Positions 20,074-29,746 of a DNA stretch of 64,000 nucleotides are shown in pieces. The DNA lies in the NCBI GenBank assembly GCA_963666115.2, contig CAXXET010000004.1, positions 352,001 through 416,000 on the forward strand. The letters are read 5' to 3'. The position numbers and the translations under genes were made by a program. The notes below the pieces were generated by a model. It was not told the DNA's origin and made no database searches. It was given only the letters and a program-made list of their open reading frames with translations. The stretch comes from Dehalococcoidia bacterium (GTDB lineage: Bacteria; Chloroflexota; Dehalococcoidia; UBA6926). Every line of letters starts with the position of its first letter. The stretch's first letter is position 1.

Positions 20074-22892
20074 CGAACACGATTGCGGAGATGGCGGCGG
20101 CGTGGGACCCTGCGCGGTTTGAGGAGGCGCGTTACCAGTGGTGGGAGGAGCGCGGGTATTTTCAACCACGTATCGACCATGAGCAGCAGCCCTTCGTTGT
20201 GATCATGCCGCCGCCGAATGTGACGGGACAGCTTCACCTCGGCCACGCGCTGACGGCATCCGTGGAGGACGCGCTGGTGCGGTGGCACCGGATGCGTGGC
20301 GACCCGACGCTGTGGCTGCCGGGGACGGACCACGCGGGCATCGCAACGCAATACGTCGTTGAAAATCACCTGGCGTCGCAGGGAATCGACCGGCGCGAGA
20401 TCGGGCGTCAAAAATTCCTGGAGCACGTGTGGGAGTGGGTGCGAGAGTACGGCGGCGCGATACAGAATCAGCACCGCCGGCTCGGCGCGTCGTGCGATTG
20501 GACGCGGGAGCGGTTCACTCTCGATGAGGGACCGTCCCGGGCAGTGCGCGCAACGTTCGTCAACTTGTATGAGTCGGGGCGCATCTATCGCGGCGAGCGG
20601 ATGATCAACTGGTGCCCGACGGACCACACTGCCCTATCCGATTTGGAGACGGAGTACGAGGACGCGGCGGGCAAGCTGTGGCACATCAACTACCCGTACA
20701 CTGACGGCTCCGGGCGGCACGTGACGGTGGCGACGACGCGGCCCGAGACGTATTTGGGCGATACGGCGGTGGCGGTGAACACGAACGATCCGCGCTTTGC
20801 GGACGCGATCGGGCTGACGGTGCGGCTGCCGTTCATCGACCGCGAGATTCCGATCATCGGCGACGACTACGTGGACATGGAGTTTGGGACGGGCGCGTTG
20901 AAGGTGACGCCGGCGCACGACCAGAACGACTTCGAGATCGGACAGCGGCACGGGCTGGAGGCCATCGAGGTCATTGCGGCGGACGGCACGCTGAATGAGA
21001 ACGCGGGGCCGTTTGCCGGGCTGGAGCGGTTTGCGGCGCGGCAGAGCATCGTGTCCGAACTGGAGGCTGCGGGGTTCCTGGAGCGGACGGAGGAGTACCA
21101 GAACCGCGTTGGGCGGTGCTACCGGTGTCAGACGATCATCGAGCCGCGGCTGAGCATCCAGTGGTTCGTGGACATCGCGCCGCTGGCGGAACGGGCGGCG
21201 GAGGCTGTGAGGGACGGTCGCATTCGCATCGTGCCGGAACGGTTCACGGGGACGTATTTGAACTGGATGGACGGCATCCGGGATTGGTGCATCTCACGGC
21301 AGTTGTGGTGGGGGCATCGGATACCGGCGTGGTTCTGCGGGGAGTGCGACGGCGACCGGCTCCAAATCATCTTGGGAGAGGCCATAACGGGGCCGGACGG
21401 GCAGCCGCTGTGGGAGGCGACGTATTCACAGCTGCGGGAGATCGGGCTGACGCCTGAGGAGATTGTCGCGCGAGCCGACCGCGTGAACGCAGACAAGGAT
21501 GCGACGCCCATCGTGGCGGTGGACGGCCCGTCCGCGTGCCCTGAGTGCGGGCCGGCGGCGCTGCTGCAAGACCCGGACGTGCTGGACACGTGGTTCTCGT
21601 CCGGGCTCTGGCCGCATTCGACGCTGGGGTGGCCGGACGATGCGGAGGACTACCGCTACTTCCACCCGACGTCCGTGCTGGAGACGGGCTACGACATCCT
21701 GTTTTTCTGGGTGGCGCGGATGATCATGATGGGGCTGGAGAACACGGGCGACGTGCCGTTCCGGACCGTGTACCTGCACGGCCTGGTGCGGGACGCGCAG
21801 CGGCAGAAGATGTCAAAGACGCGCGGGAACGTGATCGACCCTCTGGAGAGCATCGCGGAGTACGGGACGGACGCGCTGCGGATGGCGTTGACGATTGCGA
21901 CGACGCCCGGCAATGATCTCGCGCTGACGCCGGGGCGCATGGAGGCGGGGCGCAACTTCGCGAACAAGCTGTGGAACGCGGCGCGATTCGTCGCGCGGTC
22001 AGTGGAGACATCGGGCGCGGCGGTTGGCGGCGAGATGCCGGAACCGTCGCACCGCGAGGATCGGTGGATCGTCTCGCGGCTGAACGGCGTGACGGCGCAC
22101 GTGAATCAGTTGTTGGAGGATTTTCAGCTTGGGCAGGCGGAGCAGGTCATCCGCGATTTCCTGTGGGACGAGTTCGCGGACTGGTATATCGAGCTTGCCA
22201 AGGTTCGTATCCGCAACGGCGACACCGCGCCGGTGGCATACCTGGTCGGCGCGCTGGAGCAGTCGGTGCGGCTGCTGCACCCGTTCATGCCGTTTGTGAC
22301 GGAGGAAATCTGGCAGAGCCTCGTGGCGCGCGCGCCGGGGCTTGCGCGGGGCGTGGAGTCGATCATGGTCAGCGCGTATCCGCAGGCGGACGTGGGAGAC
22401 GCGGATCGCGCATCGGAGGCCGAGGTTGGGGACGTGATCAACGTGGTTCGCGCCATTCGCAACGCGCGGGCGGAGGGAAACGTGGAGCACTCGCGGATGA
22501 TCGAGGTGTTCGTGGACGCGGACACGCGCTCGCGGCAGGCCATCGACGATTCACGAGAGGCGATTGGGACGCTGGCGCGGGTATCGTCGCTGCGCGTGTT
22601 GGAGGAGGACGATGAGCGCCCTGATCCGGCGTCGGTGATGACGGCGATCCTGGACGGGGTGACGGTGATGGCGCCGCTGGCGGGGCTGGTGGACGCGGAC
22701 GCTGAGCGGGCGCGGCTGACCAAGGAACTTGAGGAAACACAGGGACGCCTGACGGGTTTGGAGCAGCGGCTGGGGAACGAGGGGTTTCGCTCCAAGGCAC
22801 CGGCGCACGTGGTGGCGAAGGAAGAGGAGCGGTTGGCGGAATCCCGCCAGCGCGTGGAGCGTATCGAGGAGCAACTGGCGCGGCTGGGGTGA
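20070..22892 (+). CDS. valS: Valine--tRNA ligase
   Basis: PPPNVTGQLHLGH, GTDHAGIATQ, ATTRPET, DWCISRQLWWGH, DVLDTWFSS, KMSKT and C-terminal coiled coil. Confidence 0.98.
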   Translation: MTNTIAEMAAAWDPARFEEARYQWWEERGYFQPRIDHEQQPFVVIMPPPNVTGQLHLGHALTASVEDALVRWHRMRGDPTLWLPGTDHAGIATQYVVENHLASQGIDRREIGRQKFLEHVWEWVREYGGAIQNQHRRLGASCDWTRERFTLDEGPSRAVRATFVNLYESGRIYRGERMINWCPTDHTALSDLETEYEDAAGKLWHINYPYTDGSGRHVTVATTRPETYLGDTAVAVNTNDPRFADAIGLTVRLPFIDREIPIIGDDYVDMEFGTGALKVTPAHDQNDFEIGQRHGLEAIEVIAADGTLNENAGPFAGLERFAARQSIVSELEAAGFLERTEEYQNRVGRCYRCQTIIEPRLSIQWFVDIAPLAERAAEAVRDGRIRIVPERFTGTYLNWMDGIRDWCISRQLWWGHRIPAWFCGECDGDRLQIILGEAITGPDGQPLWEATYSQLREIGLTPEEIVARADRVNADKDATPIVAVDGPSACPECGPAALLQDPDVLDTWFSSGLWPHSTLGWPDDAEDYRYFHPTSVLETGYDILFFWVARMIMMGLENTGDVPFRTVYLHGLVRDAQRQKMSKTRGNVIDPLESIAEYGTDALRMALTIATTPGNDLALTPGRMEAGRNFANKLWNAARFVARSVETSGAAVGGEMPEPSHREDRWIVSRLNGVTAHVNQLLEDFQLGQAEQVIRDFLWDEFADWYIELAKVRIRNGDTAPVAYLVGALEQSVRLLHPFMPFVTEEIWQSLVARAPGLARGVESIMVSAYPQADVGDADRASEAEVGDVINVVRAIRNARAEGNVEHSRMIEVFVDADTRSRQAIDDSREAIGTLARVSSLRVLEEDDERPDPASVMTAILDGVTVMAPLAGLVDADAERARLTKELEETQGRLTGLEQRLGNEGFRSKAPAHVVAKEEERLAESRQRVERIEEQLARLG

Positions 22893-23185
22893 GTGAGCAC
22901 ATGTATTACGCGCTCCTGTATGACTATGCGGATGACGTCTTGGAGCGGCGGCCACCGTTCCGGGAGGAGCATCTTGGGCTGCTGCGGGAGTTGAACGCGC
23001 GGGGAATCGTGCCGCTGGCGGGGGCGTGGGACGAGCCGGTGGACGGGGCGGCTATCGTGTTTCGCACGGACGATACGTCCGTCATCGAGGAATTCGTCGA
23101 GAAAGACCCGTATTTCCGCAACGGGCTTGTGAAATCGTGGCGGATCAGGAAGTGGAGCGTGGTGATCGGCGGGGAGAGCAGCTAG
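22889..23185 (+). CDS. YciI family protein
   Basis: R.PFREEHL, LAGA and DPYF.NGLV..W.IR.W. Confidence 0.88.
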   Translation: MSEHMYYALLYDYADDVLERRPPFREEHLGLLRELNARGIVPLAGAWDEPVDGAAIVFRTDDTSVIEEFVEKDPYFRNGLVKSWRIRKWSVVIGGESS

Positions 23186-24153
23186 GGCGCATCGTCCCAC
23201 GTTTGGGGTTGGAAGCCGAGTTCCTGGGCGATTTGGTCGGGGCCGTAGCCGGTCGGGGTTTCCTTGCGCGTTCGGAGATCGGCGTACAGCAGGAAGATCA
23301 TGACGGCCTGGATAGGGCCGGCAACGGTGGGCGCGACAAGGTTCGAGTACCACGTGCCGACGGTTTCGAGGCCGGCTGCGGCGAATATGACGCTTGGGAA
23401 TTGAACTGCGAAGACGGCGAGCGCGACGATAATCAGGATGCCGAACGTCCGCCACCAGAAACCCTCGGTAAGCTGCCAGCTTCGCCGCAACGCCGCGACG
23501 CCGATTAGCCCGTCAAATGCGACGACCGGCCAAACGAACGTCCAGCGAATCAACACGTATACGGTGATGACAACCGCGCCGACCAGCCCGGTGAATGAAA
23601 GCAGGCCGAAGAGGGCGAGGAGCAGTTCAACGTCGGACATCGCGTTTGCGATGACGAACGGCACGAAGAACAGTACCGCCCACACGGCAAAGACCGTCCC
23701 CATGGCCATCACCGTCGTGACCAGCAGCGCGCCTGCCCGCGCGACCGCGAACGCGAGCGCCTCCGAAATCAGCACCCTGCCGACGACGTAATGCGCGCCG
23801 ATGACGTACATGTACGCGCCTGCGGCGAGGGCGGACACGGAAACGGTGGCGATGAGAACGAGGGACAGTTCCAGCAAGTCCAGCGGAATATCATCCAACT
23901 GGAGTTGGCTGATCTCCGCCGACTGCTCCTCTGTCGGAAGCTGCCCTTCGGGGACGGTGGCCAGGATCGCGTTGATCTGCGCGTCGTTGCCCTCCGGCAG
24001 GATGGCGTCGATGCCAGATACCGCGCCGAAGATGATGACGGCGCTGACGAACGCGATGACGACCAGCCGCACAACGCGCGCCAGGTAGACCGACCAGAGC
24101 TCGCTGAAGAGCTCGTTTATCCCCCTTTCAGGGAATGCGGTTTCGTTCTGCAC
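23182..24153 (-). CDS. Integral membrane protein (GDPD membrane-anchor-like)
   Basis: Multiple TM segments; ALRRSWQLT.G.WWRTFG and LLYADLRTRKE motifs; GTG start chosen. Confidence 0.75.
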   Translation of the reverse strand: MQNETAFPERGINELFSELWSVYLARVVRLVVIAFVSAVIIFGAVSGIDAILPEGNDAQINAILATVPEGQLPTEEQSAEISQLQLDDIPLDLLELSLVLIATVSVSALAAGAYMYVIGAHYVVGRVLISEALAFAVARAGALLVTTVMAMGTVFAVWAVLFFVPFVIANAMSDVELLLALFGLLSFTGLVGAVVITVYVLIRWTFVWPVVAFDGLIGVAALRRSWQLTEGFWWRTFGILIIVALAVFAVQFPSVIFAAAGLETVGTWYSNLVAPTVAGPIQAVMIFLLYADLRTRKETPTGYGPDQIAQELGFQPQTWDDAP

Positions 24154-24158
24154 CGTGT

Positions 24159-24602
24159 CTAGCTGCCGCCCCCGGCCGCGCCCATGCCTGCGGCGCCGCG
24201 CTGCTGGAGCTCGATGAACACCATCTTGGTGCCGAGAGGATGAACCCACGCGACGTTGGCGTTGCCCTCTTCGCGCTGGATGCGGCCGCCCTTCTCCTCG
24301 ATGTTCTTTATGGTCGCCTCGATGTCGTCCACTTCGAGGCAGACCATGTACATGCCCTCGCCCTTGGGGTTCCGCTCATTCTTGCGCTCCTCCATCATGC
24401 GGGCGAGCGCGGTCTCCGGGCCGGCGGGCGTCATGACCTCGATCACGGGCTGGCCGTTGTAGCCGAGCATCTGGGCGCGGATGCCGAACTGGTTGCCACG
24501 CGCCTGGTTGAGTTCCTCAAGGCCGAAGAGGTCTTTCCAGAGCTGGACTCCCTCCTCCAGGTCTTCCACCATGACGGCGTTGTAGCGAATATCGGTGATC
24601 AT
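24159..24602 (-). CDS. VOC/glyoxalase family protein (methylmalonyl-CoA epimerase-like)
   Basis: V.DLEE...W..LFGL, GEGMY.VCLEVDDIE and WVHP...MVFIEL. Confidence 0.82.
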   Translation of the reverse strand: MITDIRYNAVMVEDLEEGVQLWKDLFGLEELNQARGNQFGIRAQMLGYNGQPVIEVMTPAGPETALARMMEERKNERNPKGEGMYMVCLEVDDIEATIKNIEEKGGRIQREEGNANVAWVHPLGTKMVFIELQQRGAAGMGAAGGGS

Positions 24603-24683
24603 CGTCTCCCACCCCTTTCGCGCCCATGCGGCGCTTTCGCTTGCGTGTTGTAAGGGGAGTGTGGGGAATAGGGGCTAGTCGTG

Positions 24684-25292
24684 TCAACGACGCGGGCGTT
24701 CCAGCAGGGCGGGCGGCCAGACTGCGCTGTCCACAACGCCAACGAACGGCAGGTTGCGGTAGAAACCCTCGTAGTCGAGTCCATAGCCGACGACAAAGAC
24801 GGGGTCTATGGAGAAGCCGACGTAGTCGATTTGAACGTCAACTTCGCGGTGGGCGGGCTTATCCAGGAGGGTGCAGACCCTGACTGAGGCGGGGTTTTCG
24901 GCGAGCACCTTATCGACCAGCAGCTTGAGGGTGACGCCGGTGTCCACGATGTCCTCGACTATCAGGACATCGCGGCCCCGGAGGCTCTCGCGGAACGGGT
25001 TGGGCATGTCAACGGTGTGGCCGCGTTCGTCGATGAACCGGTCAACGTGGACAAGCTCTACCGGCGCGGGGATGTCCAATTCCCGCACAAGATCCGCGAG
25101 AAAGCAGATGACGCCGTTCAGCGCGCCGACGCAGACGACCTCGCCGTCCGCGTACTCGGCGCTCAACTGCGCGGCCAGTTCTCTCACGCGGCGTTGGAGG
25201 CGCGTCTTGCTGATGAGGACGCGGTCGACGCCCTTGGCGGCGGGGCCCGCAAGGCCGTTGCTGCGCAGAGGTTTCTGTGTGCCGGAGGCCAT
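24684..25292 (-). CDS. hpt: Hypoxanthine phosphoribosyltransferase
   Basis: VLIVEDIVDTGVTL, CTLLDKP and FVVGYGLDY...YRNLP. Confidence 0.93.
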   Translation of the reverse strand: MASGTQKPLRSNGLAGPAAKGVDRVLISKTRLQRRVRELAAQLSAEYADGEVVCVGALNGVICFLADLVRELDIPAPVELVHVDRFIDERGHTVDMPNPFRESLRGRDVLIVEDIVDTGVTLKLLVDKVLAENPASVRVCTLLDKPAHREVDVQIDYVGFSIDPVFVVGYGLDYEGFYRNLPFVGVVDSAVWPPALLERPRR

Positions 25293-25342
25293 GTGGAAAG
25301 CATAACGGACGCGGGTGAGCGGCGTATACTTACGTGAGAGTC

Positions 25343-25861
25343 ATGGATATTCTTGCCCTGATAGACCGCATTCGGCAGAATCACGCGATCGAGCACGCGA
25401 CTATTGCCGTGCTGGCGCGGAAGCACGACCAGTTTGGGCGGCTCGGCGGCAATGCCACGCAGGACGGGTTCTTCGTCTATGGCCCGACGACGGCAGACCG
25501 CATCCAGGAGGCGGGGCAGGAGGCGGTGCAGCGGCTGCGGGCGGGGGAATCCGATCTCGCTATTTCGCCGTTCTGCGGCACGAATTTCCTGCTGGGCGGT
25601 GCGACGACCGCCCTTGTGACCAGCATTATCCTCGGCAGGCGCAACAGGATCGGACGGCTGCCGCAGGCGATGAGCCTTTCGGCGCTGGCGCTGATCGGTT
25701 CGTTCAGAGCGGGCGCGTACGTGCAGCGCAGATGGACGACGAAGGCGGACATCGGCGAGCTGGAGATCAAGAGCGTGTCGCGGTTGGGGGGCGCGGGGAG
25801 GCCGCTGCACCGCGTGTACACGGGGTTGGCGAAGGGGGATTCTTCGCTGCGCTCAGAATGA
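25343..25861 (+). CDS. Conserved hypothetical membrane protein (DUF6391-like)
   Basis: RIRQNHAIEHAT and LAISPFCGTN motifs; the C-terminus DSSLRSE* is supplied by a REP. Confidence 0.75.
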   Translation: MDILALIDRIRQNHAIEHATIAVLARKHDQFGRLGGNATQDGFFVYGPTTADRIQEAGQEAVQRLRAGESDLAISPFCGTNFLLGGATTALVTSIILGRRNRIGRLPQAMSLSALALIGSFRAGAYVQRRWTTKADIGELEIKSVSRLGGAGRPLHRVYTGLAKGDSSLRSE

Positions 25862-25880
25862 CAGGTTTTGTCAGAATGAC
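25837..25880 (+). repeat. REP family B copy plus partial copy
   Basis: GGATTCTTCGCTGCGCTCAGAATGAC (25837-25862) and TCAGAATGAC (25871-25880). Confidence 0.9.
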
Positions 25881-25952
25881 GCCCGATGGCGGGATGGCGG
25901 CCAATGGCGGTTTGCGGCGGTATCATGGGGTAGGCGGATGCGCTGGCATCGC

Positions 25953-26030
25953 GTCCCTGTAGCTCAATCGGAGTAGAGCAGCGGACTTCTAATCCGCAGG
26001 TTGTGGGTTCGAGTCCCACCGGGGACGCCA
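25953..26030 (+). tRNA. tRNA-Arg (UCU)
   Basis: GTCCCTGTAGCTCAATCGGAGTAGAGCAGCGGACTTCTAATCCGCAGGTTGTGGGTTCGAGTCCCACCGGGGACGCCA; anticodon loop CTTCTAA. Confidence 0.95.
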
Positions 26031-26088
26031 GATATTCCTCTTGGGACACTTTCGGAATGGAACCGACCCAGGCGCTTGGTGGGAGAGA

Positions 26089-26658
26089 ATGCTTTACGAG
26101 ATGAACGGCGAGAATCTGACGGGGACCGAGCGGACGTCTTTCACGGCGAGAGGCATCCTTGAAGGCACCCTGCAGGAGGCGCGGGCAAGCATGGGCAGCG
26201 CGTCACGCAATGCAGTGCCGGGCATCTCAAGGTTCGAAAAGGCTATTGAGGAGTCCAGTGAGGTTCGTGCGCCGGATCAGCAAGAACAGTTCGAGCGCAT
26301 CCTTGCGTTCGTTAGGGAGTTGGAGGAGGCGGGTTTAGCCGAGCCCGTCAGTTACCCCTACTCGAGAGGGGGCGCGGCTGCTGTTGCCGGGGGGCGGAAG
26401 CATTTGGCCTATTTCAGCTGCGAGTCATCGGATCGCAAGCCATATATCGGCGTGAGGAAGGGCAGCTTTGATCGGTATGCGCCCGATGCTTTGGAGCGGG
26501 TCTGGGGTGCGCTTGGAAAGGGCGACAGGACCGGGCAGTCGGTTTGGGCTGCCGGGCCTTTTTCGGAGGAACTGTTTAAGGCGCTGCGGGAGGCTTATGG
26601 GGTGGCGAATGGGGGGGGGGTAGGTTGTGAGAGGGAAGGCACCACTGGGGTCACCTAG
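26089..26658 (+). CDS. Hypothetical protein (possibly a gene remnant)
   Basis: Protein-like composition, converges on the OLD-family gene; start uncertain; no motif recognised. Confidence 0.45.
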   Translation: MLYEMNGENLTGTERTSFTARGILEGTLQEARASMGSASRNAVPGISRFEKAIEESSEVRAPDQQEQFERILAFVRELEEAGLAEPVSYPYSRGGAAAVAGGRKHLAYFSCESSDRKPYIGVRKGSFDRYAPDALERVWGALGKGDRTGQSVWAAGPFSEELFKALREAYGVANGGGVGCEREGTTGVT

Positions 26659-28384
26659 CAACATCATCAGACGTGGCACTCGCCGCAACTTCCGTAATCG
26701 CATTGAGCTTGTCGGTCACCTCAGGATCAATTTCGTCCTCCGGCACATATTGAGCGAGAATGTAGTAGTTGCTCTTGCGCATCAAATTGGGAAGGCCAAG
26801 CTTCTCAAAATACGCGTCAAAAATTGGCTGCAAAACGTCTTCGCTCGCTTTCAGGTCTACGTCCCAGGGAGAGCGTCGCTGAAGGGTCTGTAAAGCACTC
26901 GTCACTGATTCAATGGCCTCAGTCATCGCGTTGAGTCGTCGAGAAACCTCGGCAGATTCAAATAGCGGTCCAGGCGCATCGATTCGCGCAGTCGCTTCCG
27001 CATAACCCTCAAGGGTCGCTTGGGAGCAGAAATAATTCTCAATTTCCCGGCGTTGCCACTCAAGGATCGGAACGTTTCCTGCCTCAGGCGACCCCCTATC
27101 CAATCGATCAAACAGCGCCAAAGCTTTGAGGCCCGGCAGAGCTTCCTTGAGTCCGTTGTAGTGACTCACAGCAGACTGGACGGCATTGCCAACGTACTTG
27201 ATGAACGGCCTGCTCAAGGCGCTTTCAGCATCCCTATGTGCGAGACGCCGGGCGAAAGAGCGCAGGACTGCCAGATCTGTCGAACCTTCCAAGTACAGCA
27301 CCCAGCCAGTCTGTTCGGCTTGATAGTACTGGTCAAATCCGATGTCTTGCAGGGCCTTGCGAACCTGGCTTCCCCGGTCATCGATCCTGTGAGGCTTCCC
27401 GACAAAGGCCACGACGACATCTCGCTCAGCCGCCTCGTTCAATATGACCTCGGAATGGCTAGCGGCGATAATCTGGCTCCCACTCTCAGCAGCGACCCCG
27501 CTTATCAGTTGATAGGTCTCTCTCTGTCGAAGTATTTCAAGATGCGCGTCGGGTTCATCCAGCAAGAGAACCGCCCCAGGATTAATGTACATATAGGCTA
27601 GGAGCAGGGTCGTCTGCTGAAGGCCTCTTCCACTAGACGACATGTCCAACGTTATCCCTCGTTCGGTGTAGGACATCGAGATTTCTCCCCTCTGTTCGAT
27701 GTAACGAGGGGGATTCAGTTCTGCGCCAAAGAGAGACCGCACCTGTTCGACAAGATGGTCCCACTTATCTTTGTGGCTTGTATAAACCCGATTGCACAGG
27801 TTCCGAAGGACTTCCGCAGTACGCCCCTCACCCACCCGGACATTGATTGCCCCCAGGTCGAGACGTGTTTCAGTGGCTGCGAGCCCAGACATGGGGGGCA
27901 GGAAGGCAAACTCGACATCTTCCATCTCTTCGGGAATGGGCATGCGTTCACCATCATTCTGGCGCAAGGGTCGACAATAGAATGACTCCTCGTTGGCGTA
28001 ATCAAATTCGAGCCCGCACAGCCACTGTTTTCCTGCTGTCATACCCTCCACAATGATGTCAATGCGCACATTCTGTGTCTGGGGGCTGTTGTCTGCCCGG
28101 ACGACATCTCGCACGTGCAAGTCATTCCACAGTTGCCGGGCGTTGGGAATGGGAATCGCGACCAAGTCACGCCGGTTGACCGTAACGCCTGGGCGACGTT
28201 CAGGAGTACCCCGGCCAGTTCGACGCTCTTTCCAACGCCTGATGCCAATATCCCATAGGGCCAAGGCTTGCATCGCGGACGTCTTGCCCGAGTTGTTCGG
28301 CCCGATGAAGGCGACAGTATCCCCGAGCTCGATTTCGACCTCTTCGAATCGCTTGAAGTTCCGGATTGTGAGTTTAGTGAGCAT
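26651..28384 (-). CDS. OLD-family ATP-dependent nuclease (ABC-type ATPase plus TOPRIM)
   Basis: Walker A GPNNSGKT, SSGRG signature, Walker B LLLDEPDAHL, ASHS H-loop, TOPRIM YLEGSTD and FDRLD; lower GC. Confidence 0.82.
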   Translation of the reverse strand: MLTKLTIRNFKRFEEVEIELGDTVAFIGPNNSGKTSAMQALALWDIGIRRWKERRTGRGTPERRPGVTVNRRDLVAIPIPNARQLWNDLHVRDVVRADNSPQTQNVRIDIIVEGMTAGKQWLCGLEFDYANEESFYCRPLRQNDGERMPIPEEMEDVEFAFLPPMSGLAATETRLDLGAINVRVGEGRTAEVLRNLCNRVYTSHKDKWDHLVEQVRSLFGAELNPPRYIEQRGEISMSYTERGITLDMSSSGRGLQQTTLLLAYMYINPGAVLLLDEPDAHLEILRQRETYQLISGVAAESGSQIIAASHSEVILNEAAERDVVVAFVGKPHRIDDRGSQVRKALQDIGFDQYYQAEQTGWVLYLEGSTDLAVLRSFARRLAHRDAESALSRPFIKYVGNAVQSAVSHYNGLKEALPGLKALALFDRLDRGSPEAGNVPILEWQRREIENYFCSQATLEGYAEATARIDAPGPLFESAEVSRRLNAMTEAIESVTSALQTLQRRSPWDVDLKASEDVLQPIFDAYFEKLGLPNLMRKSNYYILAQYVPEDEIDPEVTDKLNAITEVAASATSDDVAR

Positions 28385-28430
28385 GTCACTATCCTACGCT
28401 GTACTCCCTGTTCGGACTACCACACTAGCC

Positions 28431-29645
28431 CTACCCTTCTTCCTCCTCCGAGACGATGACGCCATCCGCCTTTAGCTTCTCCACCTGTTCCACGGTGTAC
28501 TGAGCGAGCCCTTGCAGGACTGTTTCGTTGTGCTGGCCGAGGTCTGGGGCGGGGTTTAGGGCTTCGATGGGGGTGCGGGAGAAGCGGAGGGGGGAGTTGA
28601 CTACGGGGATGGGGCCTACTCTTGGGTGGGGGACGTTTGTTATGGCGCCCCGATGTTGGACTTGGGGGTCTGCGAGGACCTGGTCTATTCGGTTTACTGG
28701 GCCGCAGGCTATTCCTAGGCGCCCGAAATCGCGGAGCCAGGTGGCGGCGGGTTTGGCGGCGAGAGCCTTTTCCAGTTCGGGGATCAGGTCGTTGTAATTC
28801 AGGGTGCGGTGGTAGCCGTCCACGTAGCGGATGTCATCGATCAGATCGATGCGGTCGATGGCGGCGCAGAACAGCGGCCACTGGTCGTTGACGCCGCCGA
28901 CAATCGCGACGACGATCCAGTCGTCCGCCGTCTTGAACGCCTGGAACGGGGTGAACGAGGGATGGCGCGTGCCGATGGGGCCGGGGACGTGGCCCGTCGA
29001 GACGTATCGCCCGACCGCCGCCTCAAGGATTGCCAGTTGGCATTCCAGCATGGAGACGTCGATGTACTGTCCCTGCCCGCTCCGCTCTCGCTCCTGCACG
29101 GCGGCGAGGATGGCGGTTGTGGCGAAAAGGCCGGCGATGATGTCGCCGAGCGAGCTGCCGGGGCGCATGGGGCCGCCGCCCGCCTCGCCGGTGATGCTCA
29201 TGATGCCGCCCATGGCCTGCACGATGATGTCCAGCGCGGGCCGCTGGGCGTAGGGGCCGGTCTGGCCGAAGCCGGAGATTGAGCAGTAGACGAGGCGGGG
29301 ATTCACGGCTTGCAGGTCGTCGTAGGAGAGGCCGAAATTGGCCATGGTACCGGGGACAAAGTTCTCCACGAGCACGTCGCATTCCGCGGCGATGTCCTTC
29401 AGCGCCTGCCTGCCGTCCGGGTGGGCGAGGTTCAGGCTGACGCTCTGCTTGCCGCGGTTGACGCTGACGAAGTAGTAGCTCTCGCCCTCGAAGAACGGGC
29501 CTGTGCCGCGCGAGAGATCGCCGCCCTCGGGTCGTTCGACCTTTATGACCTCCGCGCCCATGTCGGATAGAATCATAGTTGCGAACGGCCCCGCGAGGAT
29601 GCGGGTCAAATCGACGATTCGGAGACCGGCCAATGGTCCACTCAT
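28431..29645 (-). CDS. CaiB/BaiF family III CoA transferase
   Basis: GPLAGLRIVDLTRILAGPF, NRGKQS, ENFVPG, SISGFGQTGP and APDLGQH. Confidence 0.94.
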   Translation of the reverse strand: MSGPLAGLRIVDLTRILAGPFATMILSDMGAEVIKVERPEGGDLSRGTGPFFEGESYYFVSVNRGKQSVSLNLAHPDGRQALKDIAAECDVLVENFVPGTMANFGLSYDDLQAVNPRLVYCSISGFGQTGPYAQRPALDIIVQAMGGIMSITGEAGGGPMRPGSSLGDIIAGLFATTAILAAVQERERSGQGQYIDVSMLECQLAILEAAVGRYVSTGHVPGPIGTRHPSFTPFQAFKTADDWIVVAIVGGVNDQWPLFCAAIDRIDLIDDIRYVDGYHRTLNYNDLIPELEKALAAKPAATWLRDFGRLGIACGPVNRIDQVLADPQVQHRGAITNVPHPRVGPIPVVNSPLRFSRTPIEALNPAPDLGQHNETVLQGLAQYTVEQVEKLKADGVIVSEEEEG

Positions 29646-29746
29646 GTGCGTATGCCTTCCATGACTAGAGTCGCGCGTCAGGGCGCATCGGGTTTCATTG
29701 TAGACGGGGGAGCGCCGCCGACGCGCTGCCACGGCGCGGGGCGGCC

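Noticed and set aside
26000-28430. Prophage or integrative element at tRNA-Arg
   Set aside because: No integrase and no duplicated tRNA 3' end found in the window.
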